This document shows positions 12,334 through 23,154 of a DNA stretch of 64,000 bases, in pieces. A program made the position numbers and the translations under genes. This stretch comes from Pelagomonas calceolata (taxonomy: Eukaryota): positions 4,464,001 through 4,528,000 of the forward strand of contig CAKKNE010000003.1 of assembly GCA_918797485.1 (NCBI GenBank). The letters run 5' to 3'. The stretch's first letter is position 1. Each line of letters starts with the position of its first letter. Under the pieces are notes generated by a model. It ran no database searches, was not told the origin of the DNA, and saw nothing but the letters and a program-made list of their open reading frames with translations.

Positions 12334-15174
12334 ATGCGGGCGGTGACCACCGCGCTGCTGCCGCGGGCAGCCCCGCTGCTCGCCGCCCTGGGCGCGGCCC
12401 AGCACCACGGCCGCTTCAGCCGCCGCTTCCACGCGCGGCCCTCCTTCGCGGGCCAGGAGCGGACCTGGCGCGCGGACCGGCCCGTCGGGCTGGACGGCGT
12501 GAACCGGAGCTGGCTGCCGTCCCCGACAGAACTCGAGGCCCAGCCGCTCGTGCGACGGTCGAAGCAGTTCGCCCGGGACCTGCGGAACTGGGGCCGCTAC
12601 GCCAAGGCGCTGCGCTGCGTCGCGTGCAACGCGCCTGTAACAGAGGTGCGCACGCCGTGCGTCGGGCTCGGCAGCCTCGTGGTCAGCTTCGCGCAGGCCT
12701 ACGCCCGGGCCGTCGCGGCGGGAAACACCACGCGGCTCGTGCAAGACCAATGCGGGTGGTTCGCCAAGGACCAGTCGCGAAGCTGCTCCGAGCTGTTCGG
12801 GTGCTACGCGCCGTCGCTGCAGGAGGCGTGCCCGCCCGAGGCCTGCGGCGTCCTGGCGAAGCCGTCCGGCGTGAAGCTGCTGCGGAAGTGGGGGCCCACG
12901 CTGCACTTCAGCGCCGTGCTCTACCTCGCGCTCCACGGCCACCTGGGGCTAAACCGGGAGGCGCCGCCGCCCCTCGGCCGGGCGGACTGCGCCGTCGTCC
13001 ACGTCCGCCGGGGCGACGCGTGCGTGAACACCAACCGGCGGTGCCACTCGAACGACGAATACGTGGAGGCCGCCCGACAGCTGAAAGACGCGTACGGCCT
13101 CGAGTCCCTGCGCGTCGTCTCGGACGACGGGAACCTCCCCCTCGACCGGTGGCGGCGACTGGGGTACGACGTCGAAGTCCTGTCGCGGAGCGAAGCCTAC
13201 GACGTGTCCCGGTCGGTGGCCGGCGCCGCGAAGAGTCTGCGAGACCACTTCCCGGAGAAACGCATGGCGCGCGGGGAGCTGGGCCCCACCGCCACGCAGG
13301 ACGCGCTGCGCGACATGCTCGGGCCGCGGACGTTGGAGTGTCGTGCTCCGCGCGGAAATATAGACCAGCCGTCCGCGCCGGCATACTCGTCCTCAGATTT
13401 GATTGCCGCGCAGGTCGCGCGTTCGTCGGGTCCTTTTCGGCGAGCATGTCCAAGGCGATCTTTGCCCAGTTGCTGATCAGGCACCGGCGGGTGCCGCCCT
13501 TCGTCAGCGTCGGCGGCTGCGTGCGGCAGGCGCGCTTCTTCGACGCGGACGCGGAGGAGTACCCCCGCTGCGCGGCGAGCCCGCCCACGGAGGCCGAGCG
13601 GAGGCGCAACCGGGCCGCGGCGCTGCGGGAGCGCCGCGAGCGGTTCGGGCGGGTCCAGAACCGCGACACGCTCCGGGACCCGCCCGTGTGCGCCGCCAGG
13701 CTTCTGGGGAAGCGCGGCGTCCTGGCCGTCGCCGGCGCGGACCTCGGGGCCGCGGCGGCCACGGTGTTTTTCACGGCGGTCGTGAACCACGCGCTGCACG
13801 CCGAGCGCTTCGACCTGCTGCCGTGGGCGTCGCTGGGGCTCGCGGACAACCCCCTCGTGTACGACCGGGGGCGGCACGACGGCAAGCAGGGCCTCTGGGC
13901 GACGTACTTTGAGCCGCTCGAGAGTACCGCGCGGCGCCGCGGGGGGGCCTTCGCCGGCGCGCCGCGGCGACGGCGCCGCCCGCGCGACGCGCCGCCCGCG
14001 CAGGCGTCGCGCTGCGCCGCGCGTTCGACGACGGCACGATCGCCGACCCGCGCGATCCGGAGCGGGGCGACGTCGTCTGCGCGACGCTGCGGGCGCCCGA
14101 GCTCTGCGCGGAGCTAGACACGTGCCCCCGCGTCGCGTCGTCCGTCGCCCAGTTTTTCAACAAGACCGTCAACGCCAGCCAAGTGCCCGTCTTCCGCAAG
14201 TCCGGTCAGTGGCGCCTCTGGATGCACAAGAAGGCCCCCTGGAACGTGAGGGCGTGGTACTACGGGCCCAAGCGGACCCTGCCCCGTAATCTGACGACGT
14301 ACAACGCGTCGTGGTTCGCGTCGCAGCGGAGCCGGGCGCATCGCGCGTTGCAAAAGTACGTGCGGTTCCGGGCCGACGTCGTGAAGCGGGCGGCCGAGGT
14401 GCTGGACGCGCTGGCGTCGTCGAAAGAAACGGACTTGCTCGCGGTCCAAGCAGGCGCCAGCAAGTGCCTGGTCGGCGTCCACGCCCGCGGCACCGACGCG
14501 GACGGGCGGCGCAGCGTGCAGCCCGTGGAGGCCTACGTGGCGGTACTGGCGCCGGTGTGTAGCCAGCTGGGAAGCGCCCTCGCGGTCTACGTCGCGACCC
14601 GCGCGGAAATCAGGCGGCGCGGCGCCTTCGGACGTCGGCTCTGACGGCGTCTCGGCGCTTGCGTCGTCGTCGAGGATGAATTTTCACACAGGTCGCGACG
14701 GACGACGTCGCCATCGCCTCTCATCCTCGCTGGCGCGCGTTATCTTGCCGAGTGGCCGTGGCGTCCGGCGTCCGGCGCGGGTCCGACGGCAAGGCAGCCT
14801 TCGAGGTCCATAAGGACCGGCACGCGACGAACGTCGAGGTGCTGACGGACGTCGCGGTGTTGTCTTCGGCCGACGCGCTGGTGCACGGCGCGTCGGCCGT
14901 TTCCGAGGCGGCGCAGTGGCTCGCGTGGCCGCCCGTGTGGAGACAACCCTGTGGTTCCGCGTCAGGGGCTTATTGATCTCCGCACAGGTGGCCCCGGCTC
15001 CACGGCGCGTCCGCGCATCTCGAGTTTCCCCACGCGTCTCGGGTGATTACGACGCGGCTGGTGGAGGCGTGCGCGGCGTCGGCCTCGAGCCAATGGGTCG
15101 CGCGGCTGCGCGCGTGGACGTTGGCGCCGCTGGGCGAGGCCCCTACTTCATCTGCCAGTGGTGCGGTTGTGTAA
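12334..15174 (+). CDS. Secretory-pathway protein with two tandem GT23/NodZ-like fucosyltransferase domains; introns 13340-13413, 13924-14003, 14591-14691, 14925-14987
   Basis: Domain 1 has VVHVRRGD...VVSDD...FVGSFSASMS. Domain 2 has VGVHARGTD...VYVATDD...LTDVAVLSSADALVHGASAVSEAA. Splicing gives one frame ending at TAA 15172-15174. Confidence 0.75.
13348..13413. mobile_element. Decayed mini-introner
   Basis: gtcgtgct|ccgcgcggaaata...ttgattgccgcgcag|gtcgcgcg; TSD matches at 6/8. Confidence 0.7.
14599..14691. mobile_element. Decaying introner
   Basis: TSD gtcgcgac on both sides of ccgcgcggaaatcag...attttcacacag. Confidence 0.88.
14933..14987. mobile_element. Mini-introner (55 bp)
   Basis: gtggccgc|ccgtgtggagacaa...ttgatctccgcacag|gtggcccc; TSD matches at 7/8. 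Confidence 0.85.
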
Positions 15175-15232
15175 AGCCACATGCATGCTGTAGTACCTAG
15201 GTAGGGGGCTATGCTAAGGTAGGGATGCCTAG

Positions 15233-15441
15233 TAGAGAGAGAAACCTACTAGCCCTTCCTACCCCTATATTATATGTATCTCCCTCTCTCTAATATTTGA
15301 GTCTATACATCGAGTGTCAAAAGCACTACGGTGTAACAACAGTTCACTATAAAACACTCTCGTAGTCAGGTCTAGCCAGCCATCGGCTGGTAGCTAACAC
15401 CCTGCTACTTTACATAACGCTGCGACATACTCTTCTTGCTA
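15233..15441 (+). mobile_element. Solo LTR (family A, TA...TA termini)
   Basis: 209 bp, near-identical to the 5' LTR at 62073-62281, with a perfect 5-bp TSD cctag (15228-15232, 15442-15446). Confidence 0.92.
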
Positions 15442-15658
15442 CCTAGGGCGAAAATCTCCAGCAACTAAGCTCCCTGGCCAATATTATGCGTGCAGCCACC
15501 CGACGGATAGGGCGTCGTGATTTGTCTTAGCCTCTTCCATAGCTTATCTACGCGTTGAGGCAGCCCAAGACGCATGTACCGGCCAACTCTGCTGCAACGG
15601 GCTAGGAAGCAGCAACGTGAGTGAACAGTAATCAGGGTTTCGGGATCTGCGGAGCAAA

Positions 15659-18113
15659 ATGATGCGTGCGTGCGTCGTTTTCGCGTGCACGACGCTGTGC
15701 GCCGCGGCGCCGCGGCGCTTTCAGAGCCCGACGGGCGCCTGCGACGTGCCGCCCACAACAGGCGGCCCGCGCGGCTGCCGCGCCGCGGCCGCCGCTGGCA
15801 ACGGCTGGCGTCGGCACGTCCAGAGAGCGCTTCTCGCGCTTGACGATGCGGTCGTGGCGTCCGCGAAGACGCCGGTGGAGCTTCGGCCACCTCGTTGCGC
15901 GCCAGGCAAAGTCCGAGGCCAGATACAGCGCCAGGACGGCACGACGAAGGTCGACACGACGACGTCGCGGGAAGGCGCGGGCGCGACCGCTCGGACGCGA
16001 CTCGCAGCGTTTGCCGAGGATCCCGTAGACCGCCACGCACGATCGGCGCTCCGGCGCATGGACGATGGCGGATTGGAACTGGTGATGGTGGGCGATTCGT
16101 TGAACGCGGAGTCCGTCACGGCGCTCGGGTGCGCGGGCGCGCCCGACGGCTACGACGGCGCCGCGCTGCGGCCGCTGCACGCGCACGTCCCGTTCGACAA
16201 GACGCCCTACACGCCTGAACAGTGGACCGTGCCCAAGGAGCGCGGCAAGGTGGAGCGCGACGGTTTGCCGATCCACGCCGCGGCGGACTGCTGCTCAGCC
16301 AAGCCCACCGTAGTCGTCGCTAACATTGGGATCTGGTACCAGTGCTGCGAGCATAACAAGCCCTTGAACGTCAGCACGTATGCGCGCGACCTCGCGGCCC
16401 TCGCGGCATTCTTAGAAGCCGTATGCGCAAACTCGCACCACGTTTGTCTCCTCCGCGGCACGACGGCGCAGAGCGCAGCGGCGTCCCCCCGTCGCGCGCG
16501 CGCGCGACCGAGCCGAGCCTCGCGGCGGCGCTGCGCCCCACACGCCGACGCGCTCTAATCCAGAGCAAGCGTTTTGCGCGAGCTCTCTCCCACGCAGGCA
16601 CTTTTGTACGGAGGACCAGTACTGGCACAACGGCCACAACGCGAGCCGCACGCCCGACAATTTTGGTCGGTGCGTCGCGCCGGCGCCGGGCATGCCGTCG
16701 GGCTGGCGCGACCGCCAGCTGTGCAACCTGTTCGAGGCAACGTGGCGCCGGACAGAGAACGTCTTCTTCTTTCCGATGGAACATTTATCGAGACCTTTCG
16801 TGGATGCGCATCCCTACCCCGACTGCACGCACCACACGCTCGCACCGTTCCACTGGGAACCGCTCTGGTGGGCGATCGATCTCGCGCTCCGGCATCGGGT
16901 CCCGCCTCTCGAACCGTTCGACGCGATTGCCGAAAGACGGCGCCTCGAGCGCGTCCCGGGCGTGGTCCTTCCGTATACGAGCCAGTACCGGCGGTCGCAG
17001 TTCCTCCCGGAGCCGGTCGCTGCCCCCCACCCCGCTAGGCACTTCGAGACCGAGCGGACCGAGCGGTCGACCGCTTGTCCGGCCTGCGCTGCAGTTTGTG
17101 CCAAGCCCTACGGTGACTGCGCGGCGTGCGAGTCAGCCAAGTGCGGTCGGCAGGCAGTCGCGACCTCGACCGCGCGTCCGCCGCCCGGGGCATCCGCTCT
17201 GGCGCCGCCCGTCGCGCCGGGGCAGCGATGCCGCGGGCGGGCGGCCGCGACTGGCTCCTGGGTCGCGGCGGCGGACCCGGCGCCGCGGTGGCCGGGCTGC
17301 CTGCCGTCGTGCTGCGGCCCGCCGGCCGCCGGCGCCGCGCCGCGCAAGTACGACTGGGTTCCGAGCGCATGCGATCTGCCGATCTTCGACCCGGACCGCT
17401 TCTGCGACCTGCTTGGAAACAAAACCTTGTTCCTCGTCGGCGACTCGACGATGCATCAGACCGCGGCGTTGCTTGAGAACGCCATCCAGGGCCGCCAATG
17501 CCTCGACAGGGTCGCCTTCGGCATGTCGGATTTCCTCGCGACCACCTCGAGGGCCGAGCGGGGCGCCAGTTGGGACGATCATGTCTCGAGGCTGGCACCG
17601 GATATCGCAATTCTTAGCACGGGACCGCACTGGGCGGTCCAGTGGTCCGAAGCGTCGTATGTCGCCGCGCTTCGGAACGTGTCGGCGGGCCTGCGGCGCT
17701 TCCCGCGGACGCTTTTTGCGTGGAAAACGCTGAATCCAGCCGGCTGCGGCACGGCGCCGCTGCCAGGCGGCACAAACGTGTCGGCGTGGCTCCGGTCGCC
17801 GGAGGTCCTGGCCACGAACCCGCACTGGCACAAGGATCAGTATGTCCATTACCCTCGCCTCGATGCGCTCGCGCTCGACGTCTTTTCGGGGCGCGTGCCA
17901 GTCATCGACGTGAGCCCCTTGTACCTGCGGCCCGACTCGCACCAGGGGTCGAGCACGTACGCGCACTCGGCCTGCGCGAAACTCAGCCAGTGTGACTGCC
18001 TCCACTTTTGCACCGACGGCACATCCGCGCTCACACTTGTGCCCGACTTGATCCTCAACTTCCTGGAAGATTTGGCTGGGACCCGTGAACGGAGGTCCGG
18101 GCGGGCCGACTAA
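15659..18113 (+). CDS. Secreted protein with two tandem SGNH/PC-esterase (TBL-like) domains; intron ending at 16597 (donor ambiguous)
   Basis: Two GDS motifs (MVGDSLN, LVGDSTM) and two DCxH motifs (PDCTHH, DCLHFC), plus YDWVPSACDLP. Confidence 0.78.
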
Positions 18114-18236
18114 GCTGCACGGGCTCTCGAGTTATTGACCCGGATCTCTCTCGGGGTAAGTCTCGGGTGACCAGTGGGGTGATTCACAGGCAAATAACGG
18201 GTGAAATTGGACACAACACTTTAGGCCCGCAGCACA

Positions 18237-19004
18237 CTAGGCCTCGTGGCTCTCGAACAGCATCGCGGGGCCCTGGTTCCGGTCGTGCCGCAGGTGGTGG
18301 ATCCCCTTCTTCTGCCGCGCGAGCGAGTCCTTGAGCCAGTCGCCCGTCGGCTTCGGCGCGTCGTCGCGCTTCCGCTTCGGCGGCTTCGGCTTCTCCGCGT
18401 TGGGCGGGGGCCTCGGCCGCGCGACCGAGCGGAACGCCGACGTCAGCAGGGGCTCGTCGAAGATCTCGTCGATGCGCTGCATGATGTCCGTCCCGGGCAG
18501 CTTGCCGCCCTCCTCGAACACGGGCGCGACGCGGAGGTCATGCGAGAGGTGGCCGTCCACGAACCACGCCCGCATTTTCGTGGACGCGAAGGGCCCCTGC
18601 CGCGCGCCCGCGTCGTCGACGTAGTACCAGCCGCTCGCGGCGCGCGGGTCGCGCTTCCGCACTAATGAAGCGTACTCCTCGAGCGCCGCGTTCCGGGCCT
18701 TCTCCTCGACCGCCTGCCGCTCGCGCTCTTCCCGCAGCGCCTGCTCCGTCGCCGCCGCGACGCGTTCGCGCGCCTCGCGCTGCGCCCGCAGCTTCTCCCG
18801 CCCGGCGGCGACCTCGGCGGCGGCGCGCCGCCGCGAGGCCTCGAGGCGATCCGCGGCGCTCTCCTTCGTCTTCGAGGTGTCCTTTTGCTTCTTCTGCAGC
18901 GCCTGGAACCTGTGCGGAGATCAGTGAGATGACCAGAGGCAGGTCGCTTCCGTTTCGATCGGTTCTGGTTTCCGCAACGCTCCTGGCATGCCTGAGCCAA
19001 ACAT
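18237..19004 (-). CDS. Coiled-coil plus GYF-domain protein; GC-AG intron 18910-18987 (decayed introner)
   Basis: GYF motif WYYVDDAGARQGPFASTKMRAWFVDGHL. The frame extends upstream without stops to the acceptor ctgatctccgcacag. Confidence 0.75.
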
Positions 19005-19330
19005 TTCCAATAGTGTGGCGACGTCGGCTCACTTAACTTTAAGTAAAGCTTAAATGAGCAGGGGCGTCGGCCTAGTGTCTTACTTGCCGCTAGAGTCCGC
19101 TGTTATGAAAGAAGCGGCTCGCGCCCGCCGCCGATGAATCGGCGTCGCGCGGTGTCTCCCCCCCAGGGGCTCCGCCCACTAGTCCTAGGACCGTAACAAT
19201 AAAACCTACACACTCTAGAGACACAGAACGAAATCGCCAGTTTAAATTCACTATGTTATTAATACTAAATCATGATGCCACCCTGCTGCAAACAAGCCTC
19301 TCGGGGGGCCTAGCATAAGATTCAAGCATA

Positions 19331-21184
19331 TTACCGGATGAACTCCAGGATGGAACCGTCCTCGACGGCGTCGAGCGCCCGCCGGCCCCGGTCCAGCACG
19401 GCCGCGTCCAGGGCGCATCCCTCGATCGCGGCGCGCACCGCCGCCCGCACTTCAGATGAAGCGGGCTCGTAGGCGTCCCGCGCGAGCCGCGCGCCGTACA
19501 TGTGCGGGTCCACGCACAGGTCGACGAGTGCCTCGTACTCGAGGCGCGGGAGCCGCGCCGGGCGGCGCTCGTATAGAAACTCGCGCACGGCGTCCTGGTG
19601 CGCGTCGCCCTGCGACTCCTCCGGCGGCCGCGCTTCCTGAACCCCCTCGTCGGAGTCGCTCTCCTCGTCAAACGCAAGCGCCAGCGCCAGCGCCGCCGCC
19701 GCGCCGCGCTCGAACACGTGCCTGAACTCCGCGGCCCGCAGCTTGCTCTTCATCGCCTTGACGCGCGGCGGGTCCCAGCGCGGCGCCGACGCGTCCCCCC
19801 GAAAGCCGAGCAGCGACGACCGCGGCACGAGGCGCGGCGCGTCCCACGGCGGGAACGCCGCGTCGTCGAAGACGCGCACGTAGGCGTGGTTCTTGAGCGG
19901 CGGCGGCAAACGCAAAGAAGCGACTTCGCGGCGCGGCAACGCGTAGGCGGGCCGCTTGTGGAAGCCGCCGCGCCGCCCGTCGCCGTAGTAGTCGTCGCCC
20001 GTCGCCGCCCACACGAGGCCGGACGACCGCACGCGCCACCGCTTCACGCTAGCTACGGCCGTCGGCGCGTCGCGCCACGCCGCGCTGTCTCCGTCTTCAC
20101 CGTCGCTCGGGTCGTCCTGGCTCTGGCGCGGCGTGTGGCTGTCCACGAAGTCGTCGATGTCGATGTCCTGCGTGGCCTTGGGGGCGGCGCTCCGCCGCTT
20201 CTTGCGCGGCGGCCTGCGCCGTGGCGCGGCCTTCTGCGACACGCTCCCGTCGGAGTCCTGCGAGCTCCGGCGGGCCCGCGGCTTCGGCGACGGCTGCGTC
20301 GGCGTGCGCTCGCGCGGCGCGCCCCGCGGCCGCTTCTCCGGGAGCACCTCCGCCGCCTCCTCCTCTTCGGTATCGGACCGCGGCCGCCGCCTGGACGGCT
20401 TCGTGGCCGGGCGCCGCGGCCCCGGCGACGACGCGTACAAGAAGTCGTCGTCGTCGGAGTCCGGCGTCGCGCCCGCCGGGCTCGCCAGCGCGCGCGCGAT
20501 GGCCGCGTCGTTGCCCGTCGTCGAGGCCGATCGCGGTTTTTTCTTCGTCGTCGTCGAAAGCACGCTGTCCTGCGACTCCGGGCCGGGTCGGTCGTCGTCG
20601 CTCGCGTCGGAGCGGCACGCGACCGCGGAGCCGCTCCGCCGCGCCGGCTGCTTGCTCTCGAGCACGCTGTCCTGCGTGTCGGACTCCTGCGTGGCGATCC
20701 GGCGCCGCGGCGGCCGTTTCGGGTCGAGGGCGTCGTCGTCGTCGTCGTCGTCGTCGAACCGGTACGTCGACGCGTCGGCTTTCTTCTTCCCCCGCGCGTC
20801 GTCCAGACCGCCGTCGCTCTCCGGCGCCTCCTCGGGCTCGCTGACGGAGCCATCGCTCCCGGCCAGGTCCTTCGTGAAGTCCTCCGGCGGCCTCCGCCGC
20901 CGCGCGGCCGGCTTCCGCGGCGGCGGGGCGTCGCTCTCGGACGACGACGACGGCGGATGCGGCGGCGCGCGGCGCGCAACCGGCTTTGCGGCCGGCTTGC
21001 GCGCCGCCGGCTTGGGCTTCGTGGTCGATGCCCCGCGACGCGCCTGGATCCAGCCTTGGTCGTCGGTCTCGGCGAGCGGCATGTCTCTCTTCCGCGCCGC
21101 GGGCTTCTTCTTTTGTGCGGGCGGGGAGCGCTTTAGAGTGGCCTGGGGCGGCGCGACCCTGGTGCCGCCGAGGGAGCGGCGCAT
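19331..21184 (-). CDS. Low-complexity, probably nuclear protein with a possible PWWP/Tudor-like C-terminal domain
   Basis: Long ORF with acidic and basic tracts, then GLVWAA...RPA...YVRVFDD. Confidence 0.6.
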   Translation of the reverse strand: MRRSLGGTRVAPPQATLKRSPPAQKKKPAARKRDMPLAETDDQGWIQARRGASTTKPKPAARKPAAKPVARRAPPHPPSSSSESDAPPPRKPAARRRRPPEDFTKDLAGSDGSVSEPEEAPESDGGLDDARGKKKADASTYRFDDDDDDDDALDPKRPPRRRIATQESDTQDSVLESKQPARRSGSAVACRSDASDDDRPGPESQDSVLSTTTKKKPRSASTTGNDAAIARALASPAGATPDSDDDDFLYASSPGPRRPATKPSRRRPRSDTEEEEAAEVLPEKRPRGAPRERTPTQPSPKPRARRSSQDSDGSVSQKAAPRRRPPRKKRRSAAPKATQDIDIDDFVDSHTPRQSQDDPSDGEDGDSAAWRDAPTAVASVKRWRVRSSGLVWAATGDDYYGDGRRGGFHKRPAYALPRREVASLRLPPPLKNHAYVRVFDDAAFPPWDAPRLVPRSSLLGFRGDASAPRWDPPRVKAMKSKLRAAEFRHVFERGAAAALALALAFDEESDSDEGVQEARPPEESQGDAHQDAVREFLYERRPARLPRLEYEALVDLCVDPHMYGARLARDAYEPASSEVRAAVRAAIEGCALDAAVLDRGRRALDAVEDGSILEFIR

Positions 21185-21557
21185 CGGCAATGTAATTTGG
21201 CAGCGGCTGCTACGATTTTTACGTGACGTTTTTAAATTGTTGGGGCGGCCTTGCAAAGTGCTATGTAAATGATAAAAAAGGCTGCAGGCTTAACCCCCCC
21301 CCATCCCCCCCCCCTCCAAGCTCTTACCCTAGCCCGCACGATAACACAGCGCTACTGTGATACATGTACCGGGTTTGACGACGTAACTACCCACCGATCC
21401 GACTTCTCCCCGAAGGCCCCGGGAGGAGCACCATCCCCCGCCCCAGCGCCTGGGGCGCTAATTTCACGAGCCCAGGCAAGGAGCACGGCAGGGGCAGCCC
21501 CGACGCTCCAGCGGCGCACGAACGTGGCAAGCCCCCAGACAGACGCCGTCAGGTCCC

Positions 21558-22607
21558 ATGTTCACGTCCTCCAAGATGAGCGAGGCCTCCCGGAGGCCCC
21601 ACCGCACGCTGGCCATGCGCGAGCGGGCGGCGGAGCGGAACGGCGCGCGCCGCGTCGTCGTCGACTCGCGGCGCAGGGACCTCAGCGACCACCTGCCCGT
21701 CCCCGGCGAGCCCCCGGCCTTTCCCTTCGAGAGCGGCGGGAGCTACGTGGGCGAGTGGCGGCGCGACCGGAAGGAGGGCTTCGGCAAGCAGACGTGGAGC
21801 GACGGCCGCCTCTACGAGGGCGAGTGGCGCGACGGCAAGCGCCACGGCAAGGGGAGCCTCTGGACCCGGTCCGGCGGGAAGCTCGTCAAGAACTACGCGG
21901 GCGACTGGGACCGCGGCCGCAAGTCGGGCCTCGGCGTCCAGAGGTACGCGAACGGCGACGCGTACGAGGGCGAGTACGCCGCCGGCGAGCGGCACGGCAC
22001 CGGCAGCATGCGCTACGCGGACGGCGGGACGTACGAGGGCGGCTGGGCCCGGAACAAGCGGAGCGGGCTCGGGGTCTACGAGGCCGCGAACGGCGACCGC
22101 TTCGAGGGCCACTGGTGCGACGGCGTCAAGGAGGGGCCCGGGCGGTACTTCTACGCGTCCACCGGCAAGATCTACGAGGGCGAGTGGGTCGACGGCGCGC
22201 CGAGGTGCGGGTCGTTCCGGGACGCCACGCCGGAGGAGGCGAACGGCACGCTTCCGTCGGCCGACGAGCAGTTCTCGCTGCCCGCGCTGTCGCTGTTGGA
22301 GCCGGAGGCGTTACTCGCCAAGCGCGTCGCCGAGTTGCGCCAACTGCGGGCGAACGCGACCGAGGACGTGGTGCGGGCCTTCTCGGAGGACGAGCTGGCC
22401 GTCCTGAGACACGTCTTCACCCTCGAGGACAAGCAGAAGGCGGGGCTCGTGCCCGCCGTGAGGGTCGGCTACCTGCTCGAGCGGTGCCGGCTGCCCGTGG
22501 ACGCAGTCTCCGTGGAGCGGCTCCTGGGCGAGCTCGGCGCCGACGACGACACGCGCGTGACGCTGGCCGAGTTCGTTGACATGGCGGCGCTGCTCATGTC
22601 CGCCTAG
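21558..22607 (+). CDS. MORN-repeat protein (MORN3-like) with a C-terminal EF-hand-like pair
   Basis: About seven YxGEWxxGxxxGxG repeats, then LRHVFTLED...VTLAEFVDM. Confidence 0.85.
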   Translation: MFTSSKMSEASRRPHRTLAMRERAAERNGARRVVVDSRRRDLSDHLPVPGEPPAFPFESGGSYVGEWRRDRKEGFGKQTWSDGRLYEGEWRDGKRHGKGSLWTRSGGKLVKNYAGDWDRGRKSGLGVQRYANGDAYEGEYAAGERHGTGSMRYADGGTYEGGWARNKRSGLGVYEAANGDRFEGHWCDGVKEGPGRYFYASTGKIYEGEWVDGAPRCGSFRDATPEEANGTLPSADEQFSLPALSLLEPEALLAKRVAELRQLRANATEDVVRAFSEDELAVLRHVFTLEDKQKAGLVPAVRVGYLLERCRLPVDAVSVERLLGELGADDDTRVTLAEFVDMAALLMSA

Positions 22608-23154
22608 GCAGCGACGTAGCGAGTAATGATGGCGATCCCGAAGGCCCGTCCGGTAGTATGGGGTTGTGTCGACCATGACATATCCCGTCGGCGGGCTGGC
22701 TGTTTTATACGGCACTCTCTCCCCGGGAGGTCAAATACGGCACTTCTACACGGATCGCAAACCAGGCACTCATGAGAGATGCCCCGTACCGTTAACGGCA
22801 CGGGGCACACAGGCCCTAGTGAGTTTTGCGCCACTAGCATTTAAGCTGTTTTGCGCCGCTCGTCAGAACGCTGTTCTTCGCCGCTCGCCCTTTCCGCCCG
22901 TCTAAAAACGTTTCTCTCGCTCCCCGCGTTCCGATGAGCACCTTTTCAAAACCACCCGAGCCCACCTTGCCTCGAAACTGCCGCCGACACTAGATAAATA
23001 AATTAAGGAAGACCTAAAAAAAGAACAAGCTCCTAAGAGCCTTCTCCCTGCTCGGTCAGTAATATTATAAGCATAAGCGGCTTTGCGGCACTTCTAAGCG
23101 GCATTGTACGGGGTTTTCTGACGGGTTTTACTGCGAAAACAATGAACATATATA

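Noticed and set aside
15233..15441. Helitron or SINE interpretation of repeat family A (internal hairpin ccagcc...ggctgg, CTAG-like end)
   Set aside because: The 5-bp TSDs, the adjacent PBS and the paired arrangement at 62073-62679 indicate an LTR.
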